Source: Felis catus (Eukaryota). From it: a stretch of 64,000 bases of DNA. The notes below the pieces were generated by a model. It did not search any database, was not told the DNA's origin, and was given only the letters and a program-made list of their open reading frames with translations. This document shows, one piece after another, positions 36,839 to 49,079 of this stretch. Where the stretch lies: NCBI RefSeq assembly GCF_018350175.1, contig NC_058368.1, forward strand, positions 47,680,001 through 47,744,000. Direction: 5' to 3'. The translations under genes and the position numbers were made by a program. Position 1 is the first letter of the stretch. Every line of letters starts with the position of its first letter.

Positions 36839-39800
36839 AAACATATATTCTTATTTATATGAACCTTCCTCATTCATATAAAGTTACCCGTAAAGTTACG
36901 GTTCCTTAGCATTGGCAGGCTGGGGCTGGGAATGGAAAGCAAGGTATACTCTACCAAGTCTGAGCCCTGTGGGAACACGGTGGGATCCTGGAAACAGCAG
37001 ATTAGCCCACAGCTATCCCTGTTTACATAGTCAATGTGTGTTTGCTCTGTTTGAAGATACTTCAAAAATAACAATTGTAAAAGAGATTACTGCTTTGATC
37101 AGAGAATCTGAATCTCCTTTGTTTGACCATGAATAATTGGCCTTTGTAATGTTAATACTTCTTTTAAGGAATATCAGATCTGTAAATGCACCTTAATTAC
37201 AGGCAAGCAGTTTTGGAGGGAATTTGTGACAGCATTTTACTGAAGGTCTTTTCTAGTTCTCCTTCAAATCTAATTACAGTAGAAAGATTATTTTAGGCCA
37301 AGCAGTAAAAAGCTATAATTATTAGTGTTTTGATTAATGTTCACATCGGTCAAAATAGTTATCTTACTGAAGAGAAAGATTTAAATCTGTAGAATGTCCT
37401 ATTTTTCCTATAAAGCACGGAACAAAAGGTAAAGCCTTAACTGAGATGTACTTGCTAACGTTGTTAACCATAATTTTGCCGGCAGCTCAGGAGTCTTGTT
37501 TTCTCCAGTCTTTACATTTAAAAGCACCCCATGGGAATCCACAACTTAAACAATGGTTAATTCCTAAACTGTGCTGTTTTCATTTGAAACCAACTAAATA
37601 ATCCCGTCACAGTATACGAGTACAGCATGGAGAAAAGGAAAGAATTTTGTTAAGTTGTTCTATTTTAACTTTATGGCATTAGGCTTAGTTTTGCATTGTC
37701 GTTGCAAGAAAATATATGTTGATACAGAATGTTAGATGTTGCTGAAGGTGTGAGGAAATGGGATTACTACAGTGCAGATGGGGCGATTTAGCTAGATATG
37801 AGGAAGAGTTTCTCAACAACAGAGCGAAATCTCCTTACGCGTAGGTGGTTTGAAAGTTGCATATTTTATGAAATGGTGTGAGGCAAAAGCCTGTGTGCCA
37901 AGCAGGGCCTGGTCTAAGAGAACCTTTCCATTGATTGGTTTGTTATCTTATGTCGTATTGAATCCCAAAATGGGCTTTTCTCCTCACCTGACTAGAAGGC
38001 TCACAACAATTAAGCACTTATCCCAGGTACTAGCTGCTACCTTTCAACACAGAGGATTTGTCTCAGTATCGTGTTAACATTTAAACTTATCACTTAAAAA
38101 CTGTGGATAGAGCCAAGCACACCTGTATACCAGCGGAAATATCTCTGAAGTTTAAGCCACACTGAATTAGCACATTCCAAGTCATGCGCATGTATGCGTG
38201 TGTGTGTGTGTGTGTTTGTGTGTGTGTTTCCTAATTATGGCAGCAATTAGCTTTGCAGCATTTCATTCATTCCACGCAGCAGGGATGGAGAACAATAATC
38301 TTGTTTACCCGAAGCCGGAGACGGTATACCTGGCTTTGTTCCCTCCACAGCCTAATCTAAATGCTTTGCTAGATGCCATCCCACACAATAGAGTGTGACT
38401 GCCCCCCCCCCCCAAAGAACCTCCCTCTCCTGGTTAGTTCAGTTGTCACTGAAAACCTCTACAAGGTCAAGGAAAAAACAGGTAACAGGCCATCTCAAAC
38501 TTCATAAGGTGGCACATTTTGTTTACATTTATTTCAGAGGTAGAGCCCACAGATATAGGATCCCTTTTTAAAAATCGTTTAATCTGTTAAAATTATCAGA
38601 GGGAAAATAATGGAACTCCTTCAAATTGTTGCTGACAATTAATGGAATAGAAAGGTGGCTGTTGTAAATGGCTCTCTCGCAGTAATGGGGAAAAGCAAAT
38701 TATTAAATGGACAAGTTATTTACGTTTGAAAATAAACTGCATCTCACACTGGGAAATCAGGTTACAGGCAATTCTGCGTTGCAACATGAACAGGTCATTA
38801 GTTTTAATTTTCCACAACAAAGATTTTAGGGTAATTTGCTTTTATTAGAATGGAGTCATTTCTCTCCTACATACATTATCATTCAACACCTCTATTGTCA
38901 CCATTAGAGATCCCCCCCCCCACCGCCCTGCAAATGTGTAAGAAGAATATCCTTGATTTTTTCTAAGTGTCTAAATAACATGGCAAAAGTTTTACTGCAT
39001 TCAGCAAGGACTGAAACAGTAGGTGAGCGCAGCGTAAATGTATCATCAGCATTGTACGATGCCAAACGTAATAACGCTAGGAAGGTATACCACCAGCATT
39101 CGACACGTTTTAGTGGTTTAGTGTACTTAGCGCACGGTGTATTTTTCTACTGTAAAATGTAGGCTACTACAGAGGACGAACAATAATCAGTTATACATTA
39201 ACCGCAAAAGGTCATTACGTGTGGCAAATGCAAGGTCTATTGATCAAGTAATATTTGTCAGTAGAAATGAGCCTCATTACGGAATGAAGTTCATGAAGGA
39301 AACCATTGTCTAGTGGGACAGCATGATATGTACAAATCATCCCTTTGCTTGGTTTGAACATCATCTAGTGTTTGTCTTCATTTTTACAATATAATTTACT
39401 AACTTTTCAGCTAATCAATCCCTGAAGCTGCATTCTTCTGTTAAGTTACTGTGCTGCACAAATAATGATTAATCGCCTACTGTTAACTTTAAGACAAAAA
39501 TTAAAAGAAAATGAATGGCATATGCACTTGTGTTACAAAACTGTCTATAAACTAGTTTCCCAGCATGAGCTGTGGTTTGCTCTCAAACTTAAATAACTTG
39601 TCCATGTAACCTTATCTTCCGGGTACTTCCTGCAAACTTCATATATTATGCAATCAAGCCCATAAATATAGGTACAAGTTAACTCGAATCGCTGAAACAG
39701 AGTTAACCACACACATGTAATTAAAGCTTTATCACCACTTCTATCATAAACCTCTCCCTTTTCTTTAAGAGATTTACCAAGCTATCATAAAAATGTATTA

Positions 39801-40352
39801 TGGCTCTTTCTTTGCAAAACATGAACTTCTAAGAAGTGGCTTACCTCCTTGATTAAACGAACCGGACTGTGGCTTAGAATCCCATACTAGTGCAACATTT
39901 GTGTTGCTACATGTTAGGATAACCCGTGTATATCGAATGTCACAGGGTTGACATGGCACTGGTATTAATTATTCCCTACTTATTTTTCATGAAGCCCCCA
40001 AAAAGGAGCCAAATAACTCCAATGATGACATATTACCAGGGGCATACAATTAAGCACATTTCACCAGTTCACTAACTAAACCAAGAGAAGTATAACAGAT
40101 TGTTTGGTGGGGGAAAAAGTGACTATATGGAAAGAAATATCTGTATTGGGAGAGAGACAGATTGTCCAGGGATAGTATAAACCTAAAATAATTAAACAGG
40201 AAAATTGGAAGGATTGGATCCCCTAAATTGACTTAGCAAAAGTCTCAAGCAAGCATGATACTGATGACTCTGCTGATTTATTTTCGGGAACTCTTTCCAA
40301 CTAGCATTATATCTTGTAGTATATATGCAGTATATTGAGAAACTACACTTAG

Positions 40353-40355
<3 letters not shown>

Positions 40356-40388
<33 letters not shown>
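40356..40388. repeat. (AT)n microsatellite
   Basis: Direct inspection. Confidence 0.95.
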
Positions 40389-40391
<3 letters not shown>

Positions 40392-40472
40392 TTTTATCAT
40401 TATGGTCACATTGATTCATGACACTCTCCATTTTGTTAGACATTCTCCTACACTGTATCACATAAATTCTTT

Positions 40473-41160
40473 TTTTTTTAATATAATTTATTGTCAAGTT
40501 GGCTAACATATAGTGTATACAGTGTGCTTTTGGTTCGGGGGGTAGATTCCCGTGATTCATCACTTACGTATAACACCCAGTGCTCATCCTAACAATGAGC
40601 CCTCTTCAGTGCCCATCACCCATTTTCCCTTCTCCCTCGCCCCATCAACCCTCAGTTTGTTCTCTATATTTACATTTTTTTAAATGTTTTTATTTATTTT
40701 TGAGACAGAGAGAGACAGAACATGAGCAGGGGAGGGGCAGAGAGAGAGGGAGACACAGAATCTGGAGCAGGCTCCAAACTCTGAGCTGTCAGCCCAGAGC
40801 CTGATGCAAGGCTTGAACTCACAGACTGTGAGATCATGACCTGAGCTGAAGTCAGACGCCCAACCGACTGAGCCACCCAGGCGCCCCTGTTCTCTGTATT
40901 TAAAAGTCTCTTGTGGTTTGCCTTCCTCCCTCTCTGTAACTATTTATTTTCCCCTTCCCTTCCCCCATGGTCTTCTGTTAAGCTTTTCAAGTTCCACATA
41001 AGAGTGAAAACATATGATATCTGTCTTTCTCTGCCTGATTTATTTCACTCAGCAAATACCCTCCAGTTCCATCCATGTTGCTGTAAATGGCAGGATTTCA
41101 TTCTTTCTCATTGTCAAGTAGTATTCTGTTGTATATGTAAATTCCATTGTGTATATATAT

Positions 41161-41200
<40 letters not shown>

Positions 41201-41275
41201 GTGTATTCCATTGTATATCTTCTTTACCCATTCATCAGTTGATGGACATTTAGGCTCTTTCCATGATTTGGCTGT
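40473..41275 (-). mobile_element. 5'-truncated carnivore L1 3' end with nested CanSINE (40673-40887, -) and (CA)n at ~41167-41197
   Basis: TSD core acataaattcttt at 40460-40472 and 41287-41299; ORF2 tail remnant KNEILPFTATWMELEGI. Confidence 0.93.
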
Positions 41276-41678
41276 TAGACTATATTACATAAATTCTTTA
41301 TACAACGAATAAAAATTGGATTTGATCAGTCCTTGTGCTCACTGCTCTCACCAGTCTATCCAGTGTGTGATTTAGATCCTAAACACCATGCAGCTCTTGT
41401 GTGGGATTCCCTCCCCCTTCCTGCTAGCCACGGTTTTACAGAACCTCGTCTTTTCTTTAAGGGTCAATCCAAGAATCAACTTCCACAGTGATCTCTCTCT
41501 TCCTTATTTACTATTCACTTGTACATGGTGAAGTTATTTTGTATTTATGTGTGCATTTATTGTAATTTCAACCAGGTAGGAAGCTATTCCACTTAAGGAC
41601 CTCGTTTTCCCCACAGCTTCCATGTTTTACACATAGGAGGAATCTAGTAAATATTCGTTGGTTGCTTTAAAAAATTTT

Positions 41679-42670
41679 GGGGGGGTGCCTGGGTAGCTCA
41701 ATTGGTTAAGCATCCAACTTTGTCTCAGGTCATGATCTTGCAGTTCACAAGTTTGAGTCCTGTGTTGGGCTCTGTGCTGACAGCTCAGAGCCTGGAGCCT
41801 GTTTTGGATGCTGTGTGTGTGTGTCTCTCTCTCTGCCCCTCCCCACCTCGTGTTCTGTCTCTCTCCCTCTCTCTCTCTCTCAAACATAAATAAACATTAA
41901 AAAAGTTTTTTTAAACTTAATAAGGAAATATTTAATCTGCTCTCTACTCCCTTACATACATACTACAGGCCCATGCATTTCTTCATTTTCTTTGTGTGAT
42001 TGGTCTTTTGTTACAATTTGTCATTAGGTCACACCTTCTCTTAATGTCTAGGTTTCAAATCCTCAGCAATAAAATTGTGAACAATGTTAAGGAATTGATT
42101 TCCTCCAAATTCTCTAGTAGCACAAAGAAGAATCTAGTCGTTTTCAGGTTTGAAAGACACATCTCTAAAGTCCAACTAATTGCCTGGTATAAGTCTTTAT
42201 TTCATGTTACCTGAGCTCTGTCTTCTCAAACACAATCATGGTGCTTGTTGGGATGTAACACGGGCCAAGTGAAGAGGAACTCTGGCAGCTTTTGGTTACA
42301 GCAGTTTTTGACTTATTTCTTTGTTTTTCAAAATGAAAAGGCAAAACCTAAACAACATTAAAATAAGATTGATATTTCATTGCTTCAACCATCTTTTTTT
42401 TCATGGTTATTTATTTATTTTGAGAGAGAGAGAGGCAAAACACAAGCAGAAGAGGGGCAGACAGTGAGGGAGAGAGAGAATCCTAAGCAGGCTCCACACT
42501 GTCAGCACAGAGCCCGACATGGGACTTGAACTCACGAACCATGAGATCATGACCTGAGTGGAAATCAAGAGACAGTTGCTTAACTAACTGAGCTACCCAG
42601 GTTCCCCTGCTTCAACCACTATTAATTCATGGTCAGTCTTGTTTCATGTATACCTTCACTCAATGCTCAC

Positions 42671-42719
<49 letters not shown>

Positions 42720-45389
42720 ATACACATGTATGTGCTCTTCATTCAGACATATATTTTCTTTTAGTGCTCTACTCAGCAGAGACCAGGCTGGGGAAACACA
42801 GATGAACACAACATGGAATATAATGAAAATAAATTTGATAAGTGCATTGGTGGTGATGGTACCCAGGACATCAAGACCACCGTGACAGAGAAATGATAGG
42901 TCCATAAAGGCTGAGGGAAGGGATGTGTTTTAGCTATGATGGAATTTCTTTGTGGGTTTGTGATGGATTCTCCTGGAATTAACTGTAAGTCGGCTACAAA
43001 TAAATGTCTGTGAAAACCAGTCCCAGAAAGTAGGATCTCATCTTTTGAAGTAAATCAAATAGTTCCCAAACTTTTATTCTTATTTCAAAAGGATTTCAAA
43101 CTTACGTAAAACGTTGCAAGAATAAACAAAGAATTGCCATGTACCTTTTACTTCAGATTCACCAATCCCACCATTTTGCCACATCTGCTTTATGTTTCTC
43201 TCTCTCTTCTCCCACCCCACACACATTTTTATGGGGGGGGGGGCATTGATTAATTCCTCTGTTAGTTGCAAACATCATGGCTCCCCTTTTTTTAAAGGTT
43301 TTTTTTTTATTTTATTTTTGAGAGACAGAGAGACAGAGCATGAGCAGGAGAGGGGCAGAAAGAGAGGGAGACACAGAATCTGAAGCAGGCTCCAGGCTCC
43401 GAGCTGTCAGCACTGAGCCTGATGTGGAGCTTGAACTCACAAACTGCGAAATCATGACCTGAGCTGAAGGCGGACGCTTAACCAACTGAGCCACCCAGGT
43501 GCCCCGCAAACATCATGGCCCTTTATCTGAAAATATTTAGAATGCATGTTCTAAGAACAAGAAAATTCTCAGGGTATCTGGGTGGCTCAGTTGGTTGAGG
43601 GTCCGACTTTGGTCAGCTCAAGATCTTGTAGTTCATGAGTTCAAGCCCCATACCAGGCTCACTGCTCTCAGCTCAGTGCCTGCTTCACATCCCCTGTCCC
43701 CTTTTCCCTCTCAAAAATGAATGGACATAAAAAAAAAAGAAGAAGAAAGATATTCTCTACTTTTAAAAGATTTTATTTTTAAGTAATCTCTACACCCAGC
43801 ATGGGGCTCAAACTTACAAACCTGAGATGAAGAGTTGCATGCTCTACTGACTGAGCCAGTCAGGCACCCTAAGGATATTCTCTTCTATAGAGTTACATTA
43901 TAAAGTTGAAAAATGTACCATTGTCCATATTCACATTTTGCTCATTTCCCCAATAATGTTCATTACAAACAATGCTGCAATAAAGATTCTAGTAAGTCTT
44001 TGTGCACATTTAAGTGATTTTAAGGAATGAATTCCTAAAAGTAGAATTTCAAAGTGTAGGACAATTTGATTTATAGCCCACATTGAAATTTTGCTAATTT
44101 ACAGTCCATATTCAAATTTTGGTAGTTACCCCAACAATGTTTATTATGACAATCTCCCCCACCACACCGAGATCAATCAGGATTATCTATTCCTTAAAAA
44201 ATAAACTGTGGCTGAACCTTTCTTAGTTTTTCACGATATTTACATTTCTGAAGAGTACAGACGTGTGGGCTTGTAGAAAGTTCCTGAGTTTGAGTTTGTC
44301 TGATCTTTCCTCATGGCTGGAGTCACGGTATGAATTTTGGGTAGGCATACAAGGTAAGTAATGTTGCATCCTTCTCAGTTCATCACATCAGGAAGGACAT
44401 GAAGTCAGTTTGTCCCATTAATGATGATATAATTGTTTTAGGTAAACTCTACCCCCAAAGTGGGGCTTGAACTCATGACCGTGATATCTAGAGTCACGTG
44501 TTCGACAGACTGAGCCAGCCAGATGCTCCTAATGATGCTAATTTTGGTAATTTGCTTAAGGTAATGTCTGCCAAGTTTTGCCATTGGTCAGTTACCGTTT
44601 TTCCAATGGTAACTAATACTTCATCTATGCGGAATACTTTACAACTATGTAAATATCTTATTGCTCATCAGAATTGTATCCAATTGTTTTAGCCTTCATT
44701 AATTCTTGCATGAATCAATTAGTATGATGTTGATTGTAAATGGTGATGTTTCTCTTTTTTCTTCTACATTTTAGAAGGCATTCTACCAAAATTTTATTCT
44801 TAATGTTACCTTTTATATCTGTAATGAATAAAGTTGAGTTCACCATACATCAGTTGCTTATTTTGTATGGGATATTGTGCTATGAGACACAACAAGGAAC
44901 TCAAAGACAAGACCAATGAGTCCTGCAGGAGTGTATGATTTGTTGGTAGAGGTGGATGCAAGGCAGATGGTAAGAAAAGCTTTACTAGGAAGCTAATGGG
45001 AAGGGGAAGAAACCAAAAAAGGGTTATGTTATTTTATTTTATTTTACTTTTATTTTTAAGTAATCTTTGCACTCAATGTAGAACTCAAACTCACAACTCC
45101 GAGATCAAGAGTTGCATGCTCTACTTACTGAGCCAGCCAGGTGCCCCAAAAGAGGGTAATTCTTTTTTTCTTTTTTTTTTTTTTTGTTTATTTATTTTTG
45201 AGAGAGCGAGAGAGAGAGAGAGTGGAGGAGGGGCAGAGAGAGACAAGGAGACAGGATTCAAAGCGGGCTCTGTGCTGATAGCAGAGAGCCCAATGCAGGA
45301 CTCGAACTCTCGAACCATGAGATCATGACCTGAGCTCAAGTCTGAAGTCTGAAGTCGGAGTCTTAACCAACTGAGCCACCCAGGTGCCC
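41679..45389. mobile_element. CanSINEs: 41679-41915 (+), 42394-42607 (-), 43287-43505 (-), 43572-43745 (+), 43762-43869 (-), 44436-44529 (-), 45030-45146 (-), 45163-45389 (-); several interrupt an old minus-strand L1 (~43075-44780)
   Basis: SINE motifs; L1M-like cttctcagttcatcacatcagga and ggtaatgtctgccaagtttt. Confidence 0.87.
42673..42714. repeat. (TG)21 microsatellite
   Basis: Uninterrupted TG run. Confidence 0.95.
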
Positions 45390-46185
45390 TGAAGGTAATT
45401 CTTATTGGAGCATATGGAGTGATGTTGGGAGAGAGGTGAGATTTTAGTTGGGCTTACGATATATGGTTTTTTGGTCAAAGAAAGACATTACAGTTGGAAG
45501 GAGCCGCCAGGATATTTGGCAAATGACAAATAATCCCCATGGTTAGAGCCTAAGGTTCCTGGGAGAAGAGGCAAGGAGGCATAGTAGGATTTCAGGTTGG
45601 AAAGACAAGCTGAAGTCCAGCACAACGTCCCACTCTGAAGAGTTTTGACTCTATTTCATTGACTGCAGGAAGAAATGAAATATTACCTTCCAGATGACAC
45701 TGAGAGCAAGGGACTGTGTCTTATTCATCTTTATAGTTCCAAGGCCTACACTAGTGCTCAGCACATGGAGTGTGTTTGATAAATGTTTGTAGGCACCAAA
45801 GTGCAGGATGATTTGGAATAGGGACTGGTGCGTGTGTGTGTGTGTGTATGTGTGTACGTATGTGTTTTATATGTGGATTGAGATCATGATCAGGAGGTGG
45901 GGAGATGAAGGGGACCTTAATTCAGAAATCAGATATCTATTGAATAGTTTATAGAAAATGTTTTAAATATCAAGTTCCTAGAAGACCACCAATCTTGCCC
46001 TAGCCCCTAACATTAATTTTGAATTCCCAGTAAGCAAGTTTGGGAATTATTTTTGAACAACTTTGGGTACCAGGAAGGGGAACAAGGGGAAAGGTAGTAT
46101 AAACATCTCACTAGAAACTATTTCATTCTATATCTTCTCTATGAACATTTTAGAATAAAAAAAACAAACAACACAAAAAGCTCTT

Positions 46186-47076
46186 AATTTTTTTTAATTT
46201 TATTTTATTTTTTATTAACTTGTTTTATTTTTTATTTTTTTAAATTTACATCCAAATTAGTTAGCATATAGTGTGACAATGATTTCAGGAGTATATTCCT
46301 TAGTGCCCCTTACCCATTTAGCCCATTCCCCCTTCCACAGCCCCTCCCGTAACCCTCAGTTTGTTCTCCATATTTAAAAAAATTTTTCTTAGTGTTTTTA
46401 TTTATTTTTGAGACAGAGACAGAGCATGAGCAGGGGAGGGGCAGAGAGAGAGGGAGACACAGAATCTGAAGCAGGCTCCAGGCTTCGAGCTGTCAGCACA
46501 GAGCCTGATGCAGGGCTCCAACTCACAGACTGTGAGATCATGACCTGAGCTAAGTTGGACGCTCAACGACTGAGCCACCCGGACGCCCCTGTTCTCCATA
46601 TTTATGAGTCTCTTCTGTTGTGTCCCCCTCCCTGTTTCTGTATTATTTTTGTTTCCCTTCCCTTATGTTCATCTGTTTTGTCTCTTAAAGTCCTCTTATG
46701 AGTGAAGGCATATGATTTCTGTCTTTCTCTGACTAATTTCATTTAGCATAATACCCTCCAGTTCCATCCACGTAGTTGCAAATGGCAAGATTTCATTCTT
46801 TTTGATTGCCAGGTAATACTGCATTGTATATATGTATACCACATCTTCTTTATCCATTCATCCATCGATGGACATTTGGGCTCTTTCCATACTTTGGCTA
46901 TTGTTGATAGTGCTGCTATAAACATGGGGATGCATGTGTCCCTTCGAAACAGCACACCTATATCCCGGAGATAAATGCCCACTAGTGCAATTGCTGGGTT
47001 GTAGGGTAGTTCTATTTTTAGTTTTTTGAGGAATCTCCATACTGTTTTCCAGAGCGGCTACACCAGCTTGCATTCC
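46186..47076 (-). mobile_element. 5'-truncated felid-type L1 with nested CanSINE (46377-46589, -)
   Basis: Perfect TSD cacaaaaagctctt at 46172-46185 and 47077-47090; ORF2 tail [31 protein letters not shown]; 3' UTR closely like the 17.9-19.4 kb copy. Confidence 0.95.
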
Positions 47077-47109
47077 CACAAAAAGCTCTTTAAAGATGCA
47101 TATAAACTA

Positions 47110-48182
47110 GGGCACCTGGGTGGCTCACTCTGTTAAATGTCCGACTTCAGCTCAAGTCACGATCTTGAGGTTCTTGGGTTCAAGCCCTGAGTCGGACTCT
47201 GTACTGACAGCTCAGAGCCCGGAGCCTGCTTCAGATTCCGTGTCTCCCTCTCTCTCTGCCCCTCCCCCATTCATGCTCTGTCTCTCTCTGTCCCAAAAAT
47301 AAATAAACGTTGAAAAAATAAAAATAAAAAAAAAATAAAGATGCATATAAACTAGCTTTAAGAGTCTATGCATTTTGTCAAAACGCTGTAAACAATCTAA
47401 TCCATGTAATAGACGAAAACAAACCAAGAAAATAAAATGAGATACACAGAATAACTTTGAGTAAAAATCATTGTGGAAGTCTTGCTGATCACTTAAGAAA
47501 TAAATCATATTTATATCTACGTTTCAAACCTTCAGGTTGTCACTTTCCAACTTCAAACTTTGTAATGTTGCCTCAGCTTGTTTATTCTGCAGTGAATCTT
47601 GAAAATCTAGTAGCTTGGTTAATAAAGTTTACATATTTTCACAGCACAGTGTGGTGGCAAGTTGTGGCTTTACTTGTTGCTTTCAAATGGAAAATCGTTT
47701 CTTTTAAGACTTTTTTTTTTTTAGTTTTTAAGTAATCTCTACAGCCAAAAGGGGGCTTGAACTTACAACCCTGAGATCAAGAGTCGCATGCTCCACCCAC
47801 TGAGCCAGCCGGGTGCCCCTCAGATGGAAAACCATTTGATCACTACCTACAGTCCGAATGAACACTTAATTGTGTAAAGGTGATATTTATTTATGTTTTT
47901 ATTAAAAACATTTATTCTGATTATTAATGGAACACATAGGTATTGTGGAAAATTTAGAAAATATTGAAAAACAATGAAAAACTACCATTTAACCATCCAG
48001 TGGTAGCCACCAAAACACAAACATTTTGTGCTTCTTTTCCTCTTTATGTGTGTGTGTTTATAAAAGCTCTTAATTTTTTTCTGTGATATATTGTGGATTT
48101 TTTCTCATGTGACTAAATATTTTTTATGTTTATTTATTATTATTATTGTTTTTAAATTTTTTAATGTTTATTTATTTTTGAC

Positions 48183-48219
<37 letters not shown>

Positions 48220-49079
48220 ATGAGAGGCGGAGGGGCAGAGAGAGAAGGAGACACAGAATCCGAAGCAGGCTCCAGGCTCTGAGCTGTCAGCACAGAACCC
48301 GACGTGGGGCTCGAACTCAGAGTACAAGATCATGACCTGAGCCAAAGTCAGAGGCTTAACTGACTGAGCCACCCAGGTGCCCCTATTATTTTTTAAAGAA
48401 TTTATTTTGGGGGCGCCTGGGTGGCTCAGTCGGTTGAGCGTCCGACTTCGGCTTGGGTCATGATCTCACAGTCCGTGAGTTTGAGCCCCGGGTAGGCCTC
48501 TGTGTGGACAGCTCAGAGCCTGGAGGCTGCTTCAGATTCTGTGTCTCCCTCTCTCTCTGCCCCTCCCCTGCTCATGCTCTGTCTCTCTCTGTCTCAAAAG
48601 TAAATAAAAAACATTAAAAAAAGTTTAAAAAAAAAAATTTATTTTTAAGTAATCTCTACACTCACGTGGGGCTCAAACTTAGCCCTGAGATCAAGGTCAC
48701 ATGCTCTTCCTACTGAGCCTGTCAAGCACCCCAAAGGAACCAACTTGTGGTGGGGGTGATTTTCTCCACTATAAATATTTTTTAATAATGTGATTTCTGA
48801 CAGCAGAACAACAGTCACTGCATGGGTATATTATTGAATTATTTTCCTGGTGTTGGTCACTTGGGATATTTCCAATTTTATTTGTTTTTATATATGTAAT
48901 ATGTAATATATATTTCCTAGAGGGGGAATTATCTGTCATTTTAAAGATTACTTCCATTTTAAAAAACATTCTTATTTACTTATTTATTTAAGTAAGCTCT
49001 GTGTCCAGTGTAGGGCTTGAACTCAAGACCCCGAGATCGAGGCTCACACACTCTACCTACTGAACCAGCCAGGAGCCCC
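47110..49079. mobile_element. CanSINEs: 47110-47335 (+), 47711-47819 (-, short), 48150-48383 (-), 48409-48637 (+), 48638-48732 (-, short), 48970-49079 (-, short)
   Basis: SINE motifs; the first has TSD taaagatgcatataaactag at 47091-47110 and 47336-47355. Confidence 0.92.
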
